Below, one piece after another: positions 28,663-38,205 of a DNA stretch of 64,000 nucleotides. The number at the start of each line of letters is the position of its first letter. Within the stretch, counting starts at the first letter, position 1. The translations under genes were made by a program, and so were the position numbers. Below the pieces are notes generated by a model, which did not search any database, was not told the DNA's origin, and was given only the letters and a program-made list of their open reading frames with translations. Source of the DNA: an uncultured Planctomycetia bacterium (lineage in GTDB: Bacteria > Omnitrophota > Gorgyraeia > Gorgyraeales > Gorgyraeaceae); contig CAYPYS010000001.1 in the NCBI GenBank assembly GCA_964415355.1, forward strand, positions 145,733 to 209,732, written 5' to 3'.

Positions 28663-29568
28663 CTAATCTATTATCGTAACCTCAGTGCCAACCGCTACGA
28701 TCGCGTAAAGCTCTTCTACGTCATGATTGAGCATCCTAACGCAGCCTCTTGTCGCCTGCGTGCCAACGCTGTCCGGCTTTGTTGTGCCGTGAATACCATA
28801 CCCTGGCTCAGACAATCCAAGCCAGCGTGAACCAAGTATATTATCAGGGCTTTCTGCCGGCACGACTGCGCCCTGCGTATACCAAACAGGGTCCGCGATC
28901 CTGTTGATTATTTTAAACGTGCCGAGAGGCGTTGAATTATTCTCGCCCGTTGAAACCGGATAGACCTTTACGATCTCATTGTCGGCCGCAAGAAGCGTCA
29001 AGCGATTCTGAGATTTATCAACCAATATCTTATATCTCTCTTTTGACACCTTAAGCTTTGAATTCGCCATTATCATATCGCCCTCAAGACCATTAGAGGC
29101 CTTTATCAGCTCAACAGTAGTCCCAAATTTTTTGGCGATCTTCAAAAGCGAATCACCCGGTTCTATTTCATAGAGCACATCGGTGTCCGTAATAATTCGA
29201 GAGAATAATATTTCCATATTTAGCTCGGAAAGTCTTTCCTGCACCTCTAGTATATTGTCTACATTTTGATAATTATTCAATATCAAACTGTACACGTCTC
29301 TCGCCTTGACCAGATCCTTCTTCTCGTATGCCTTTGCCAATTTAAAATAAACCTTGCCAAGCGCTTTCGAATCAGCATTCGCCTCTGCTGATATTGTATC
29401 GATCTTCTCCTTTGCCTCATCCAGCTTGCCATCTGAGATAAAATCTTTGACAGAATTCAACTCTAAATAACCCCCGGCGCCGCCATCCTTCCTTGTGCCG
29501 TATACGACAAATATCAGGACCGTTATCAATGCCAAAACAACGCCTATAGCTATAAACCTATTATTCAT
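28663..29568 (-). CDS. LysM-containing L,D-transpeptidase
   Basis: LysM (GDSLLKIAKKFGTT), YkuD motif YGIHGT...TRGCVRM. Confidence 0.9.
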   Translation of the reverse strand: MNNRFIAIGVVLALITVLIFVVYGTRKDGGAGGYLELNSVKDFISDGKLDEAKEKIDTISAEANADSKALGKVYFKLAKAYEKKDLVKARDVYSLILNNYQNVDNILEVQERLSELNMEILFSRIITDTDVLYEIEPGDSLLKIAKKFGTTVELIKASNGLEGDMIMANSKLKVSKERYKILVDKSQNRLTLLAADNEIVKVYPVSTGENNSTPLGTFKIINRIADPVWYTQGAVVPAESPDNILGSRWLGLSEPGYGIHGTTKPDSVGTQATRGCVRMLNHDVEELYAIVAVGTEVTIID

Positions 29569-29576
29569 GAATCCTC

Positions 29577-30023
29577 CTATCTATAACAAATAAGGGCAAC
29601 GATGATCCCCAGGGCAGAGCCTATTATCACCTGTATAGGCGTATGGCCTAGCAACTGTATCAGGCGCTCCTGGTTTATGCCTCTGTTTAAATAAATATCC
29701 TCTATCATCTTGTTCAATATCTCTGCCTGCTGGCCGCTCTGTCTTCTCACTCCTTGAGCGTCTAACATTATTATAAACGCGAAGAAAAAGGTAATTGCAA
29801 AAAACGGCGAGGCAAATCCATACGTAAGGCCGACAGCTGTAGCGAGGGCCGAGACAGTGGCAGCGTGCGAAGAGGGCATGCCGCCTGTTCCGACAAACCA
29901 TCTGAAGTTAAACCTCTTCTCGCGTATAACGCCAATAGCCACCTTTATGGTCTGAGCCAAAAGCCAGGCCATAAATACAGTTATAAACATCTGATTTCTC
30001 GCGATACTGAAAGAAAAGCCCAT
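29577..30023 (-). CDS. divergent PAP2 family protein (DUF212)
   Basis: GGMPSSHAA, DAQGVRR, LLGHTP. Confidence 0.9.
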   Translation of the reverse strand: MGFSFSIARNQMFITVFMAWLLAQTIKVAIGVIREKRFNFRWFVGTGGMPSSHAATVSALATAVGLTYGFASPFFAITFFFAFIIMLDAQGVRRQSGQQAEILNKMIEDIYLNRGINQERLIQLLGHTPIQVIIGSALGIIVALICYR

Positions 30024-30090
30024 AATAGCTATATATTATATATAATATATAGCTCCTATGGCAAGGAAAAGTTTAAATCTCAAAAAGAAA

Positions 30091-30131
30091 TGCAGGGGAG
30101 CCTTAAGGTTCCCCTGCAGTGCGGATAAGTT
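30091..30131. repeat. RAYT-type REP palindrome (variant) with adjacent DnaA-box-like arm
   Basis: TGCAGGGGAGCCTTAAGGTTCCCCTGCA followed by GTGCGGATAAGTT. Confidence 0.8.
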
Positions 30132-30152
30132 ATAAAGCAAAAATGAAGTTAT

Positions 30153-30989
30153 TTAGAATTTTAGGGTGCCGCCGAGGGTAAGGGCAGTCTCGTTTATAAG
30201 ACGCAGTTCCAGATTAAGAAGATAATGGCTTAAATAGAAAGGCATGACATCGCAGCCCAAGACAAAACCGAATACATTTTCATCGCTCGCGTCATATGTG
30301 GAATAAAGCAAGCCGTTGGTTGCATCTGTAAAGTTCACATCCGCTTCAAGAGAAGAATATGTCAATCCGGTATATGGCACAACATAAAAATCGCTTGCCC
30401 CTATTGGTTTGATATATTTTTTGCTCAGCAATAAACTTGTCTGCCAATCTTTTATATCAAAATTATCGCTATTAGTACCAGCCGTAGAACCGCCAATAGT
30501 TGCCTTCTCAAAATCCAAAGTAATATTTCTGTATTGGAAATCAAGGGTTAATTTGGTGCCATAATCATTACCCCACACCTTTGCCTTTACACCTGCTCCC
30601 CATACAAAACCAGGATCAGTCTCTACTTCAATAGACTCGCCATGCTGGGTCCAATTTACTCTAAGATTAGACGTTCCCACTTTAATATAAGGCTCAATAA
30701 CATCATGGAAGCTGCTGGAGAACTTGACCATAAAATTATGGCCTTCTATCTCTGCTTCTGTAGTATCTGCGGGCGCTGACGTAAGCTCCCTCTTAAAAAT
30801 AATGTCTGCATCCACGCTGGCCTTTATATTCATGTTGTATTCCAGCCTGTCGAGCGCCTTTTTTATAGCCTGGTCTTTTAAAAACTTGGATTCCTCGGGT
30901 ACGGTCATGTCAGGCCCCCCGACACTCATTGCCAGGCACGGCGTAGCAAGACTCAATATAAATAAAATGACTACTATTAATTTTTTCAT
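30153..30989 (-). CDS. outer-membrane beta-barrel, Chlamydia MOMP-like (paralog 2)
   Basis: Signal peptide, VGGP N-terminus, DWQTSL..SKK..PYTG, ELRLINETALTLGGTLKF with terminal Phe. Confidence 0.7.
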   Translation of the reverse strand: MKKLIVVILFILSLATPCLAMSVGGPDMTVPEESKFLKDQAIKKALDRLEYNMNIKASVDADIIFKRELTSAPADTTEAEIEGHNFMVKFSSSFHDVIEPYIKVGTSNLRVNWTQHGESIEVETDPGFVWGAGVKAKVWGNDYGTKLTLDFQYRNITLDFEKATIGGSTAGTNSDNFDIKDWQTSLLLSKKYIKPIGASDFYVVPYTGLTYSSLEADVNFTDATNGLLYSTYDASDENVFGFVLGCDVMPFYLSHYLLNLELRLINETALTLGGTLKF

Positions 30990-31007
30990 TATAATTCCCT
31001 TCTGTAT

Positions 31008-31865
31008 TTAAAACTTCAAAGTGCCGCCCAGAGTCAAAGCAAGCTCGTTAATAAGCCTGATCTCCATGCTGTAAATAAAAGAACTGCTCGAACTTGGCGA
31101 TATATCGCATCCTATAAGAAAACCATATCTATTTTTATTGTTCGCGTCATAAAGAGAATAATCCGTGCCAGGATTATTCGGGTCTGTAAATTTTATATCC
31201 ACCTTGGAATCAGAAAAAGTAAATCCAGTATAAGGGACTATATAGATATCCTGCCATTGCAAAGGAAGTATATATTTTTTGCTTAATACAAGTGATGCCT
31301 GCCATTCTTCTATGTTAAAATCAGCTCCTGAGTCGGTTATTGACGTTCCGTCTCTATCGATCTCTTCGGCATCTGGCTCTGTATTTATAAATTGCCAATC
31401 GCCTGTCAGGCGAATCCCAAGACTGCTCCATTCCCATATTGTTCCCTTGACGCCGAATCCCCACGCCAAACCATCGTCGGCTTCCACTTTTATTTTGGAT
31501 ATGCCGCTCTGCATCCATTCTGATTCTAGATTAGAGACACCTACTTTAATAAAAGGTTCTATTCTATTGAAGACAGTAATCCCTAATTTTGCCATATAAT
31601 AAGTCCCGCTAATTTCAGCTTTGCTAATTTCAGAAGAACTATCAAGATCTTTATCGAAAACAAACTCAAGATCCAAGCCGGCCTTGATCTTGATTACCTG
31701 CTCAGCCTCATCCAATGCCCCTTCTATAATCTCTTGTCGCAAAGCTGCTGATCTATTGGGTAAATCCAGATCAAGCGGATTACCCACAGTAGCTGCCAGA
31801 GCCAAGCTACAGTAGCCAAATAAGATAAGGAAAGATAAAGAAGACAGCCCTACTATCTTTTTCAT
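31008..31865 (-). CDS. outer-membrane beta-barrel, Chlamydia MOMP-like (paralog 1)
   Basis: Signal peptide, TVGNP, EWQASLVLS..PYTG, EIRLINELALTLGGTLKF. Confidence 0.7.
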   Translation of the reverse strand: MKKIVGLSSLSFLILFGYCSLALAATVGNPLDLDLPNRSAALRQEIIEGALDEAEQVIKIKAGLDLEFVFDKDLDSSSEISKAEISGTYYMAKLGITVFNRIEPFIKVGVSNLESEWMQSGISKIKVEADDGLAWGFGVKGTIWEWSSLGIRLTGDWQFINTEPDAEEIDRDGTSITDSGADFNIEEWQASLVLSKKYILPLQWQDIYIVPYTGFTFSDSKVDIKFTDPNNPGTDYSLYDANNKNRYGFLIGCDISPSSSSSFIYSMEIRLINELALTLGGTLKF

Positions 31866-31920
31866 TAAAAACCTCGGTATTTTATAATAAAATATGATGT
31901 TTTATTATAATTTATTAAGA

Positions 31921-31949
31921 AGTATACATTACGCTATATAGAATGTCAA
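31921..31949 (-). promoter_or_regulatory. sigma70 promoter of the porin pair
   Basis: TTGACA-17bp-TATACT. Confidence 0.8.
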
Positions 31950-31959
31950 GTCCACCCCT

Positions 31960-31996
31960 TAACTTTACACTTCAACAACGTTGAATCTTAAAGTTA
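31960..31996. repeat. 37-bp palindromic element, copy 20 (degenerate)
   Basis: TAACTTTACACTTCAACAACGTTGAATCTTAAAGTTA. Confidence 0.85.
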
Positions 31997-32048
31997 AGTG
32001 AAAGAATAGGGCGCCCGGGCATGTCATATTAATAATAGGAGGTGCTAT

Positions 32049-33581
32049 ATGTTGGCAAAGATATTCTCGGCAGCTACAATCGGTATCGAAGCTAGGCAGA
32101 TCGAAATAGAAGTGGACATAGCAAGCGGGCTCCCTGGCATAGTGATTGTAGGTCTTCCTGATATTACGATACGCGAGTCAAGGGACAGGGTAAAAACAGC
32201 CATAAAAAATAGTGGCTTCAACTACCCCTCGCAAAAAATCACAATAAATCTAGCGCCATGCAATATTAAAAAAGCAGGTCCATGTTTTGATCTTCCTATG
32301 GCCGTAGGCATACTTGTTGCCTCAGAGCAGTTGGAATTCGACAATATAAAAGATTTTGTGTTCCTTGGTGAACTTGCGCTAAACGGAAAAATCAGGCCGA
32401 TAAAAGGCGCCCTGCCCATTGCGATGTCACTAAAAAATCTGGACAAGAAACTTATTATACCGGAAAAAAATGCATACGAGGCGAGCATTGTCGAAGACAT
32501 TGAAATATATCCTGCAAAAACCCTGAATAATGTATGTGATTTTCTCAAAGGAATCAATGCGCTCAAACCCATAAGCGTCAATAGAATGGATTTTTTTAGT
32601 AAAGATACCGGATGCGAGCTGGATTTTTCAGACGTAAAAGGTCAGGTCTACGCCAAAAGAGCGATGGAAATAGCAGCGGCGGGCGGGCACAATATAATAA
32701 TGATAGGCCCGCCTGGCAGCGGCAAGACAATGCTAGCAAAAAGACTTCCGACAATAATGCCTGACATGACTTTTGAAGAAGCAATCGAAACCACAAAGAT
32801 CTACAGCGTCGCAGGCCTTATCCCGGCAAAGCATTCTATTGTAAACACAAGGCCTTTCAGGACACCTCACCACACTGCCTCTGATGTCTCGCTCGTAGGC
32901 GGAGGAACCCTTTTAAAACCAGGCGAGGTCAGCCTTGCGCACAACGGCGTCCTATTCATGGACGAACTCCCTGAATTTCACAGAAATGTGTTGGAAGCAC
33001 TACGTCAACCTTTGGAAGACAGTCACGTAACTGTCTCAAGGGCAAGCGGCTCTATAAAATTCCCGTCGAATCTGACGCTTGCGTGCAGCATGAACCCTTG
33101 CCCGTGCGGATTCTTAACTGACCCGAAAAAAGAATGCCATTGCACACCTACGCGTATACAAAAATATCTCTCGAAGATCTCCGGGCCTCTGCTCGACAGA
33201 ATCGATATCCACATAGAAGTCCCTCCTGTCCGCTACAAAGAGCTCTCGGACGAAACTTCTTCCGGTGAGAAATCAGAGAAAATAAAAGAAAGGGTTGAGC
33301 AGGCAAGAAAACTCCAGCTCGCCCGTTTAAAAGAAGAAGGGATCTTCTCAAATTCACAGATGAACTACAAACTAATAAGAAAACATTGTAAGCTTGATGA
33401 CGTATCGCGCGATCTCCTGAAATCAGCCATAACAGAGATGGGCTTTAGCGCCAGGTGCTACGACAAGATCTTAAAAGTCTCCCGCACCATCGCGGACCTA
33501 GAAGAAAAACCCAACATCGAATCCGACCACGTGTCCGAAGCCATCCAATACCGCAGCCTCGACAGAAATCTATGGATCTAA
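32049..33581 (+). CDS. comM: YifB/ComM Mg-chelatase-like AAA+ ATPase
   Basis: VGLPD..RESRDRV, GPPGSGKT, PGEVSLAHNGVLFMDE, SGPLLDRID. Confidence 0.95.
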   Translation: MLAKIFSAATIGIEARQIEIEVDIASGLPGIVIVGLPDITIRESRDRVKTAIKNSGFNYPSQKITINLAPCNIKKAGPCFDLPMAVGILVASEQLEFDNIKDFVFLGELALNGKIRPIKGALPIAMSLKNLDKKLIIPEKNAYEASIVEDIEIYPAKTLNNVCDFLKGINALKPISVNRMDFFSKDTGCELDFSDVKGQVYAKRAMEIAAAGGHNIIMIGPPGSGKTMLAKRLPTIMPDMTFEEAIETTKIYSVAGLIPAKHSIVNTRPFRTPHHTASDVSLVGGGTLLKPGEVSLAHNGVLFMDELPEFHRNVLEALRQPLEDSHVTVSRASGSIKFPSNLTLACSMNPCPCGFLTDPKKECHCTPTRIQKYLSKISGPLLDRIDIHIEVPPVRYKELSDETSSGEKSEKIKERVEQARKLQLARLKEEGIFSNSQMNYKLIRKHCKLDDVSRDLLKSAITEMGFSARCYDKILKVSRTIADLEEKPNIESDHVSEAIQYRSLDRNLWI

Positions 33582-33582
33582 A

Positions 33583-33623
33583 AACTTATCCACAATCGTA
33601 GGGGAGCCTTAAGGCTCCCCTAC
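33583..33623. repeat. REP palindrome upstream of RAYT, with perfect DnaA box
   Basis: AACTTATCCACA-atc-GTAGGGGAGCCTTAAGGCTCCCCTAC. Confidence 0.88.
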
Positions 33624-33633
33624 TCTAAAACTT

Positions 33634-34125
33634 ATGACAAATATAAAAAGATACTATATTGAAAATGCGGCCTATTTTTTAACTACTGTTACGAAAGATA
33701 GAATTAAAATATTCGAAGATATAAAATACTGCAAAATATTACTAGTTACTATTGAATATCTAAAACTTATACTAGACTATAGACTTTATGGCTTCTGCAT
33801 CATGCCTGAACATGTACATCTGATCATACACCCATTTGGAAAGTATAATGTTTCATATATTATGATGCTATTAAAAGGGTCTTTTGCAAGAAAAATAAAT
33901 AAGATGAATGGGAATAAGGGCGATATCTGGCAAAAAACTTTCTACGATGAATGCATAACGGACTCTCGCCAGCTAATTAATAAATTAGAATATATCCATA
34001 ACAATCCGGTAGAAGGGCGCTTAGCGACCTCACCCGAAGAATATCCTTATTCTAGTTACAATCATTATATACAAACTGATTATCCACCAAATACTATTAT
34101 TGAAATAGATATTCCAAATTTATAA
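33634..34125 (+). mobile_element. rayT: REP-associated tyrosine transposase (RAYT, Y1 HUH)
   Basis: YFLT, IMPEHVHL (HUH), IWQ..FYD..I, YIHNNPV..YPYSSY; GTAG-REPs on both sides. Confidence 0.9.
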
Positions 34126-34185
34126 ACTATCTGAATAACAAATTATCTTACATAACTTATTATCATATAATCTGCCATGATTGTA

Positions 34186-34239
34186 AACTTATCCACATAG
34201 TAGGGGAGCCTTAAGGCTCCCCTACTATGTGGATAAGTT
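34186..34239. repeat. 54-bp perfect palindrome: REP core with two DnaA boxes
   Basis: AACTTATCCACATAGTAGGGGAGCCTTAAGGCTCCCCTACTATGTGGATAAGTT. Confidence 0.9.
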
Positions 34240-34262
34240 ATTATTAATAATTAAACACGAAC

Positions 34263-35411
34263 TTAAGATTTTGGGAGATTTAAAATAAAAATACTTCCTC
34301 TGTCACGTGAGGTTTCTACGCGTATGCGGCCTTTGTGAAGCTCTATTATATCCTTTGCTATCGGAAGACCAAGGCCAGTGCCTTCTTTTTTTTCAGCGAC
34401 AACTCTTACAAATTTATCAAAAATCTTGCCAACTTGATCCTTGTCCATCCCAGGTCCGGTATCCTGTATCTCGACCTGGATTTCATCTTGAAGTTCTATT
34501 ATTTTAATAATAACATCTCCCTTATCTGTAAATTTTATCGCGTTGCCTATTAGATTCACAAAGACCTGTGTTAATTTATCCTTGTCTGCATCTATCCTGA
34601 GCTCGCCCCCGGGAAATTCCTTTTTGATCCCTATTTTTTTCTCGTTTGCTGTCTTTTCGAAATCCTTCACAACCTCTCCTGCCAACCTTATTATATCCAG
34701 CGTATCTTTCTTAAGCTCCATCTTTCCTGATTCTATCTTCGAAAGATCCAAAAGATCGTTCACCAGCCGCGCCAGCCTGTTCACCACTCTAAAGACATCG
34801 TTTATTATCTCTTTCTGTTTCGGTTGAACCTCGCCCGCAAAGCCCTTTTCTATATTGTCTAAATTCCCTTTTATTAAAGTAAGCGGAGTCCTTAACTCAT
34901 GCACCACGTTCGCAACAAAGTCTGATTTCATCCTATCCAGCTCTTTAAGTTGCGCGTTTGTCTTCTCAAGCTCATCCTTCTTTAACGCGATCTCTCTCTG
35001 TAGCTTCTGGCGCTCCTGTCTTGCCCTAAACTCTGCTATCGTTTTTCTTATCATCAAAGGCACTGAATCTTCATAACCGTCTCTTTTCGGTACATAATCA
35101 AATGCCCCTTCCTTGATGAGTTGCGCCGCGACAGCTTCATCGCCCTGTCCTGTTATCATAACAATCGGTATCTCCATATTCTTCGACTTGACCTCTCGCA
35201 ATGTTTCCAAGCCACTCTTCTTAGGTAGGTTATAATCCAGCAGAGCTATGTGATAAGTCCCATTTTCTAAAGTCACTATAGCATCTTCCCCGGAAACAAC
35301 GTGGTCTATCTCGTAGTCAAAGTTACCATCGCGCTGAAGTTTCTTTTTTACAATAAGGGCATCCGTAGGGTTGTCTTCTATCAATAACACTCTTAGTTTC
35401 TCTTTTGTCAT
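34263..35411 (-). CDS. hybrid receiver-histidine kinase
   Basis: REC (LLIEDN, LLDYNLP, MITG), HELRTPL, N box, GTGLGL. Confidence 0.92.
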   Translation of the reverse strand: MTKEKLRVLLIEDNPTDALIVKKKLQRDGNFDYEIDHVVSGEDAIVTLENGTYHIALLDYNLPKKSGLETLREVKSKNMEIPIVMITGQGDEAVAAQLIKEGAFDYVPKRDGYEDSVPLMIRKTIAEFRARQERQKLQREIALKKDELEKTNAQLKELDRMKSDFVANVVHELRTPLTLIKGNLDNIEKGFAGEVQPKQKEIINDVFRVVNRLARLVNDLLDLSKIESGKMELKKDTLDIIRLAGEVVKDFEKTANEKKIGIKKEFPGGELRIDADKDKLTQVFVNLIGNAIKFTDKGDVIIKIIELQDEIQVEIQDTGPGMDKDQVGKIFDKFVRVVAEKKEGTGLGLPIAKDIIELHKGRIRVETSRDRGSIFILNLPKS

Positions 35412-35426
35412 AATATTCTCTCTCGC

Positions 35427-35463
35427 TAACTTTACACTTTAACGTTGTTGAAATGTATACTTA
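35427..35463. repeat. 37-bp palindromic element, copy 21 (mixed arms)
   Basis: TAACTTTACACTTTAACGTTGTTGAAATGTATACTTA. Confidence 0.95.
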
Positions 35464-35469
35464 AATTTC

Positions 35470-35489
35470 ATTCCCGCGAAAGCGGGAAT
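35470..35489. repeat. ATTCCC-N8-GGGAAT palindrome (dRS3-like REP)
   Basis: ATTCCCGCGAAAGCGGGAAT. Confidence 0.75.
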
Positions 35490-35497
35490 CTATAAAA

Positions 35498-38155
35498 TTA
35501 TTTCTTGGATAATGTGAAATTAAAGGTGCTGCCTTTTCCTGCCTCTGACTCCACCCATATCTTCCCGCCGTGATTCTCCACGATCTTTTTAACGATAGTC
35601 AAGCCCGCGCCCGTGCCTTCGTATTCCGAGCCCTTGGCGTGAAGCCGTTGAAATATCTGGAACACCTTATCATGATACTGCTTCTCTATACCAATACCAT
35701 TGTCCTTTACGTAAAATTCATACGTATCGCCTCTATCAAAATACCCTATTTCAATAACAGGTTTTACGTCCTTCTTCGAATACTTGATCGCGTTTGAAAT
35801 AAGGTTAGAGAAGATCTCTGATATCCTGATCCTGTCGCAAGTGACCTTTGGAAAATTTTTACTGACCTTCAGATCCACTTTTTTCTCCTCCAAAGAATAG
35901 GCCAGGTTCTTTTTCACGTCAGACAAAAGCGTATTGAGATCGATACCCGGCTCTATATTCCTGATCCTTCCTATACGCGACAGGTTCAAGAGATCCTCGA
36001 TCAAGTTCGTCATCCTCGAGCTGGATTCTGAAATAGTCTTTAAGTATTCCTTGCCCTCTTTGTCTACCTTGCCAGAATATTCCTCTATTAAAAGTTTTGT
36101 AAACGCCTTAACGCCCCGCAAAGGCTCTTTTAAATCATGCGATACAATATACGTGAAATCATCCAGCTCTTTGTTCTTCAAAGCCAGCAAGTCATTCGCC
36201 TCTGCAAGTTGAGCAGTCCTTTCCTTGACCTTGTTTTCCAGGTTAGTGTAGAGCTCCTTGAGCTCCCCTGCCATCCTGTTAAACCCGGTAGCCAGCTCCT
36301 CTATCTCGTCCCCTGTCTTTATATCCAGTCTGTGGTCCAGATTCCCCTTTCCTATAACCCCGGCCCCCTCATAGAGCTTTTGAATAGGATTTGTTATGGA
36401 TTTCGTGGCATATAAAATTATAAACACCGCTATGACAGCGACCCCTGCTATTATAAGAAATATCAGGGTATTTATCACAGCTATCCTGTTTCTAAGATCA
36501 TTTTTATTTCTTTCTATCTGCGATATCTCGTTTTCCACCGCCCTGCCCAGGCTATCCTTTAAATCTCCCTCTAGTTTCACAAGCTCCCATCCGCGTTCCC
36601 TCATAATGCTATCATGTTCATCTATCACGCTCAGGGCCGATGTATTAAATCTATCCAGCTCCAACTCCATCTCTTTTATCAATGCAGCATCTTTATCGGA
36701 AATGTTTCTATATCTATTCAAATATTTTTTTATGTCAAAATAAACCTCTGAATATCTGTCCTTGTACTGCGCTTCCTGCTCATTCAGATAATTCATAACC
36801 AGGCTGTAGCTATTAGAAAATTCATCCTTTAATCTCAAAAGCATCCATCTCGCAGGCACGATTTCCTTTAAGACCTTCCGCGGCTCGCCCGCCTCTTTTA
36901 TAACAGAATCTTTCTGCGTTATTAATTTATCGATTTTCTTCTCAAGATCTGATTTTATAGACAGGAGATCGGAAAGGCTGGTTTCCTTTTCATCGAACTT
37001 TTCTATGTTGGAATCCACTGTCTCCATGATATTCCTATCCGCCTCTGTAATATCGCCCAAAAAGCGAGTTGCGCCTCTTAGACGCGCGTGCCTTTCGTAA
37101 TCCTTTAGTTCCTTATCTATATTCTGCCTCAACTGAAGATACATATTTTTATACATCTCGTCGCCAGTCAGGACATATCTGCCGCTGAGCCTCAAGGATT
37201 CCGCGACATCCTTTTCAAGTTTAGAAATATTATGTATGGCTGGTATGTCTTCTGTGAGAGCGGCTCCGACTCCTAATTTAGACGAGATCCCGCTCTTCTT
37301 TATGGCTATGATCTTGTCCAGGGTCTCTTTAAAATCCTTCTCTTTGGCCAAGAGAGAGACCATGCTAGAATTTACTTCTCCCTTCAGATCCACTATAGAG
37401 TCAACGACTGGCTTAATCTCGCCTGCTAAATCTATCAGGCCGGTCGCCAAAGAGCGCTCTTTATCAGAAAGAGAATAGCCGTGGTAATTCTTGTAATCCC
37501 GCAGGGATTTTTCCATGACCAAAAGATCTTCTGAAATAGAAGCGGGGTCGCCTTTGCCTTTAGCCGAATAATCCGCAAGTTCATTGAGCAAACTTGAAAA
37601 CCTTGTCTTTGCCTCGAGAATAAGGGTCGAGGCGCTGATATATTGAGTCTGGATCAGCAGAATGTCCTTCTCTTTCAGCATCTTAGATTCCTCAGACTCA
37701 AAAAGCCCTTTCATATTTTTATTATATTGAGTCTCTATCTCCCTTATGTCTTTAAATAAATCCTTTATCTCTGTCTTCTTTTTGAATATATCTACGGCAA
37801 TCACATTGATATCCCCGGCCATGTTTTCCACCTGCCCGAAAAGCCTTTTTTCCTCTTCTTCAGAAATAAATCTTTTAAGTCCTGAAATATCACCTTGCAT
37901 CGTTTTATAAGAACGTTTGTAGCTCGCCTTAAAATTCTCATTACCCGTTATTAGGAAATTATTTAATTCGGAAAGGACGCCTTCCAGCGAAATGGCGATC
38001 TGATAGGTATATCTGGACGCGGGCAGGTCACTTGCAAATACCTTGCCCAGGCCCCTATATATATGCCTGAGGCTATAAATAGAAAGCCCTCCCAGAAATA
38101 TCACCAGGAGGAATGTTACAAAAAAACTCAACCCGATCTTCCTGCTGATTCGCAT
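35498..38155 (-). CDS. membrane sensor histidine kinase with large helical periplasmic domain and HAMP
   Basis: Two TMs, HAMP (DEIEELATGFNRM), SHDLKEPLR, FQRLH, GTGAGL. Confidence 0.92.
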   Translation of the reverse strand: MRISRKIGLSFFVTFLLVIFLGGLSIYSLRHIYRGLGKVFASDLPASRYTYQIAISLEGVLSELNNFLITGNENFKASYKRSYKTMQGDISGLKRFISEEEEKRLFGQVENMAGDINVIAVDIFKKKTEIKDLFKDIREIETQYNKNMKGLFESEESKMLKEKDILLIQTQYISASTLILEAKTRFSSLLNELADYSAKGKGDPASISEDLLVMEKSLRDYKNYHGYSLSDKERSLATGLIDLAGEIKPVVDSIVDLKGEVNSSMVSLLAKEKDFKETLDKIIAIKKSGISSKLGVGAALTEDIPAIHNISKLEKDVAESLRLSGRYVLTGDEMYKNMYLQLRQNIDKELKDYERHARLRGATRFLGDITEADRNIMETVDSNIEKFDEKETSLSDLLSIKSDLEKKIDKLITQKDSVIKEAGEPRKVLKEIVPARWMLLRLKDEFSNSYSLVMNYLNEQEAQYKDRYSEVYFDIKKYLNRYRNISDKDAALIKEMELELDRFNTSALSVIDEHDSIMRERGWELVKLEGDLKDSLGRAVENEISQIERNKNDLRNRIAVINTLIFLIIAGVAVIAVFIILYATKSITNPIQKLYEGAGVIGKGNLDHRLDIKTGDEIEELATGFNRMAGELKELYTNLENKVKERTAQLAEANDLLALKNKELDDFTYIVSHDLKEPLRGVKAFTKLLIEEYSGKVDKEGKEYLKTISESSSRMTNLIEDLLNLSRIGRIRNIEPGIDLNTLLSDVKKNLAYSLEEKKVDLKVSKNFPKVTCDRIRISEIFSNLISNAIKYSKKDVKPVIEIGYFDRGDTYEFYVKDNGIGIEKQYHDKVFQIFQRLHAKGSEYEGTGAGLTIVKKIVENHGGKIWVESEAGKGSTFNFTLSKK

Positions 38156-38161
38156 AGGAAG

Positions 38162-38190
38162 ATTGTATCATAGAGGCTTGTTTACTTCAA
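38162..38190 (-). promoter_or_regulatory. putative sigma70 promoter, possibly leaderless mRNA
   Basis: TTGAAG-17bp-TACAAT with TG; ATG 7 nt after the -10. Confidence 0.55.
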
Positions 38191-38205
38191 GAGCGACCAT
38201 CACTC

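Noticed and set aside
33583-34260. oriC (DnaA boxes plus AT-rich DNA)
   Set aside because: Only three perfect boxes, all embedded in REP arms around a transposase. No dnaA/dnaN nearby and no switch in gene-strand bias. Not formally excluded without a skew analysis.
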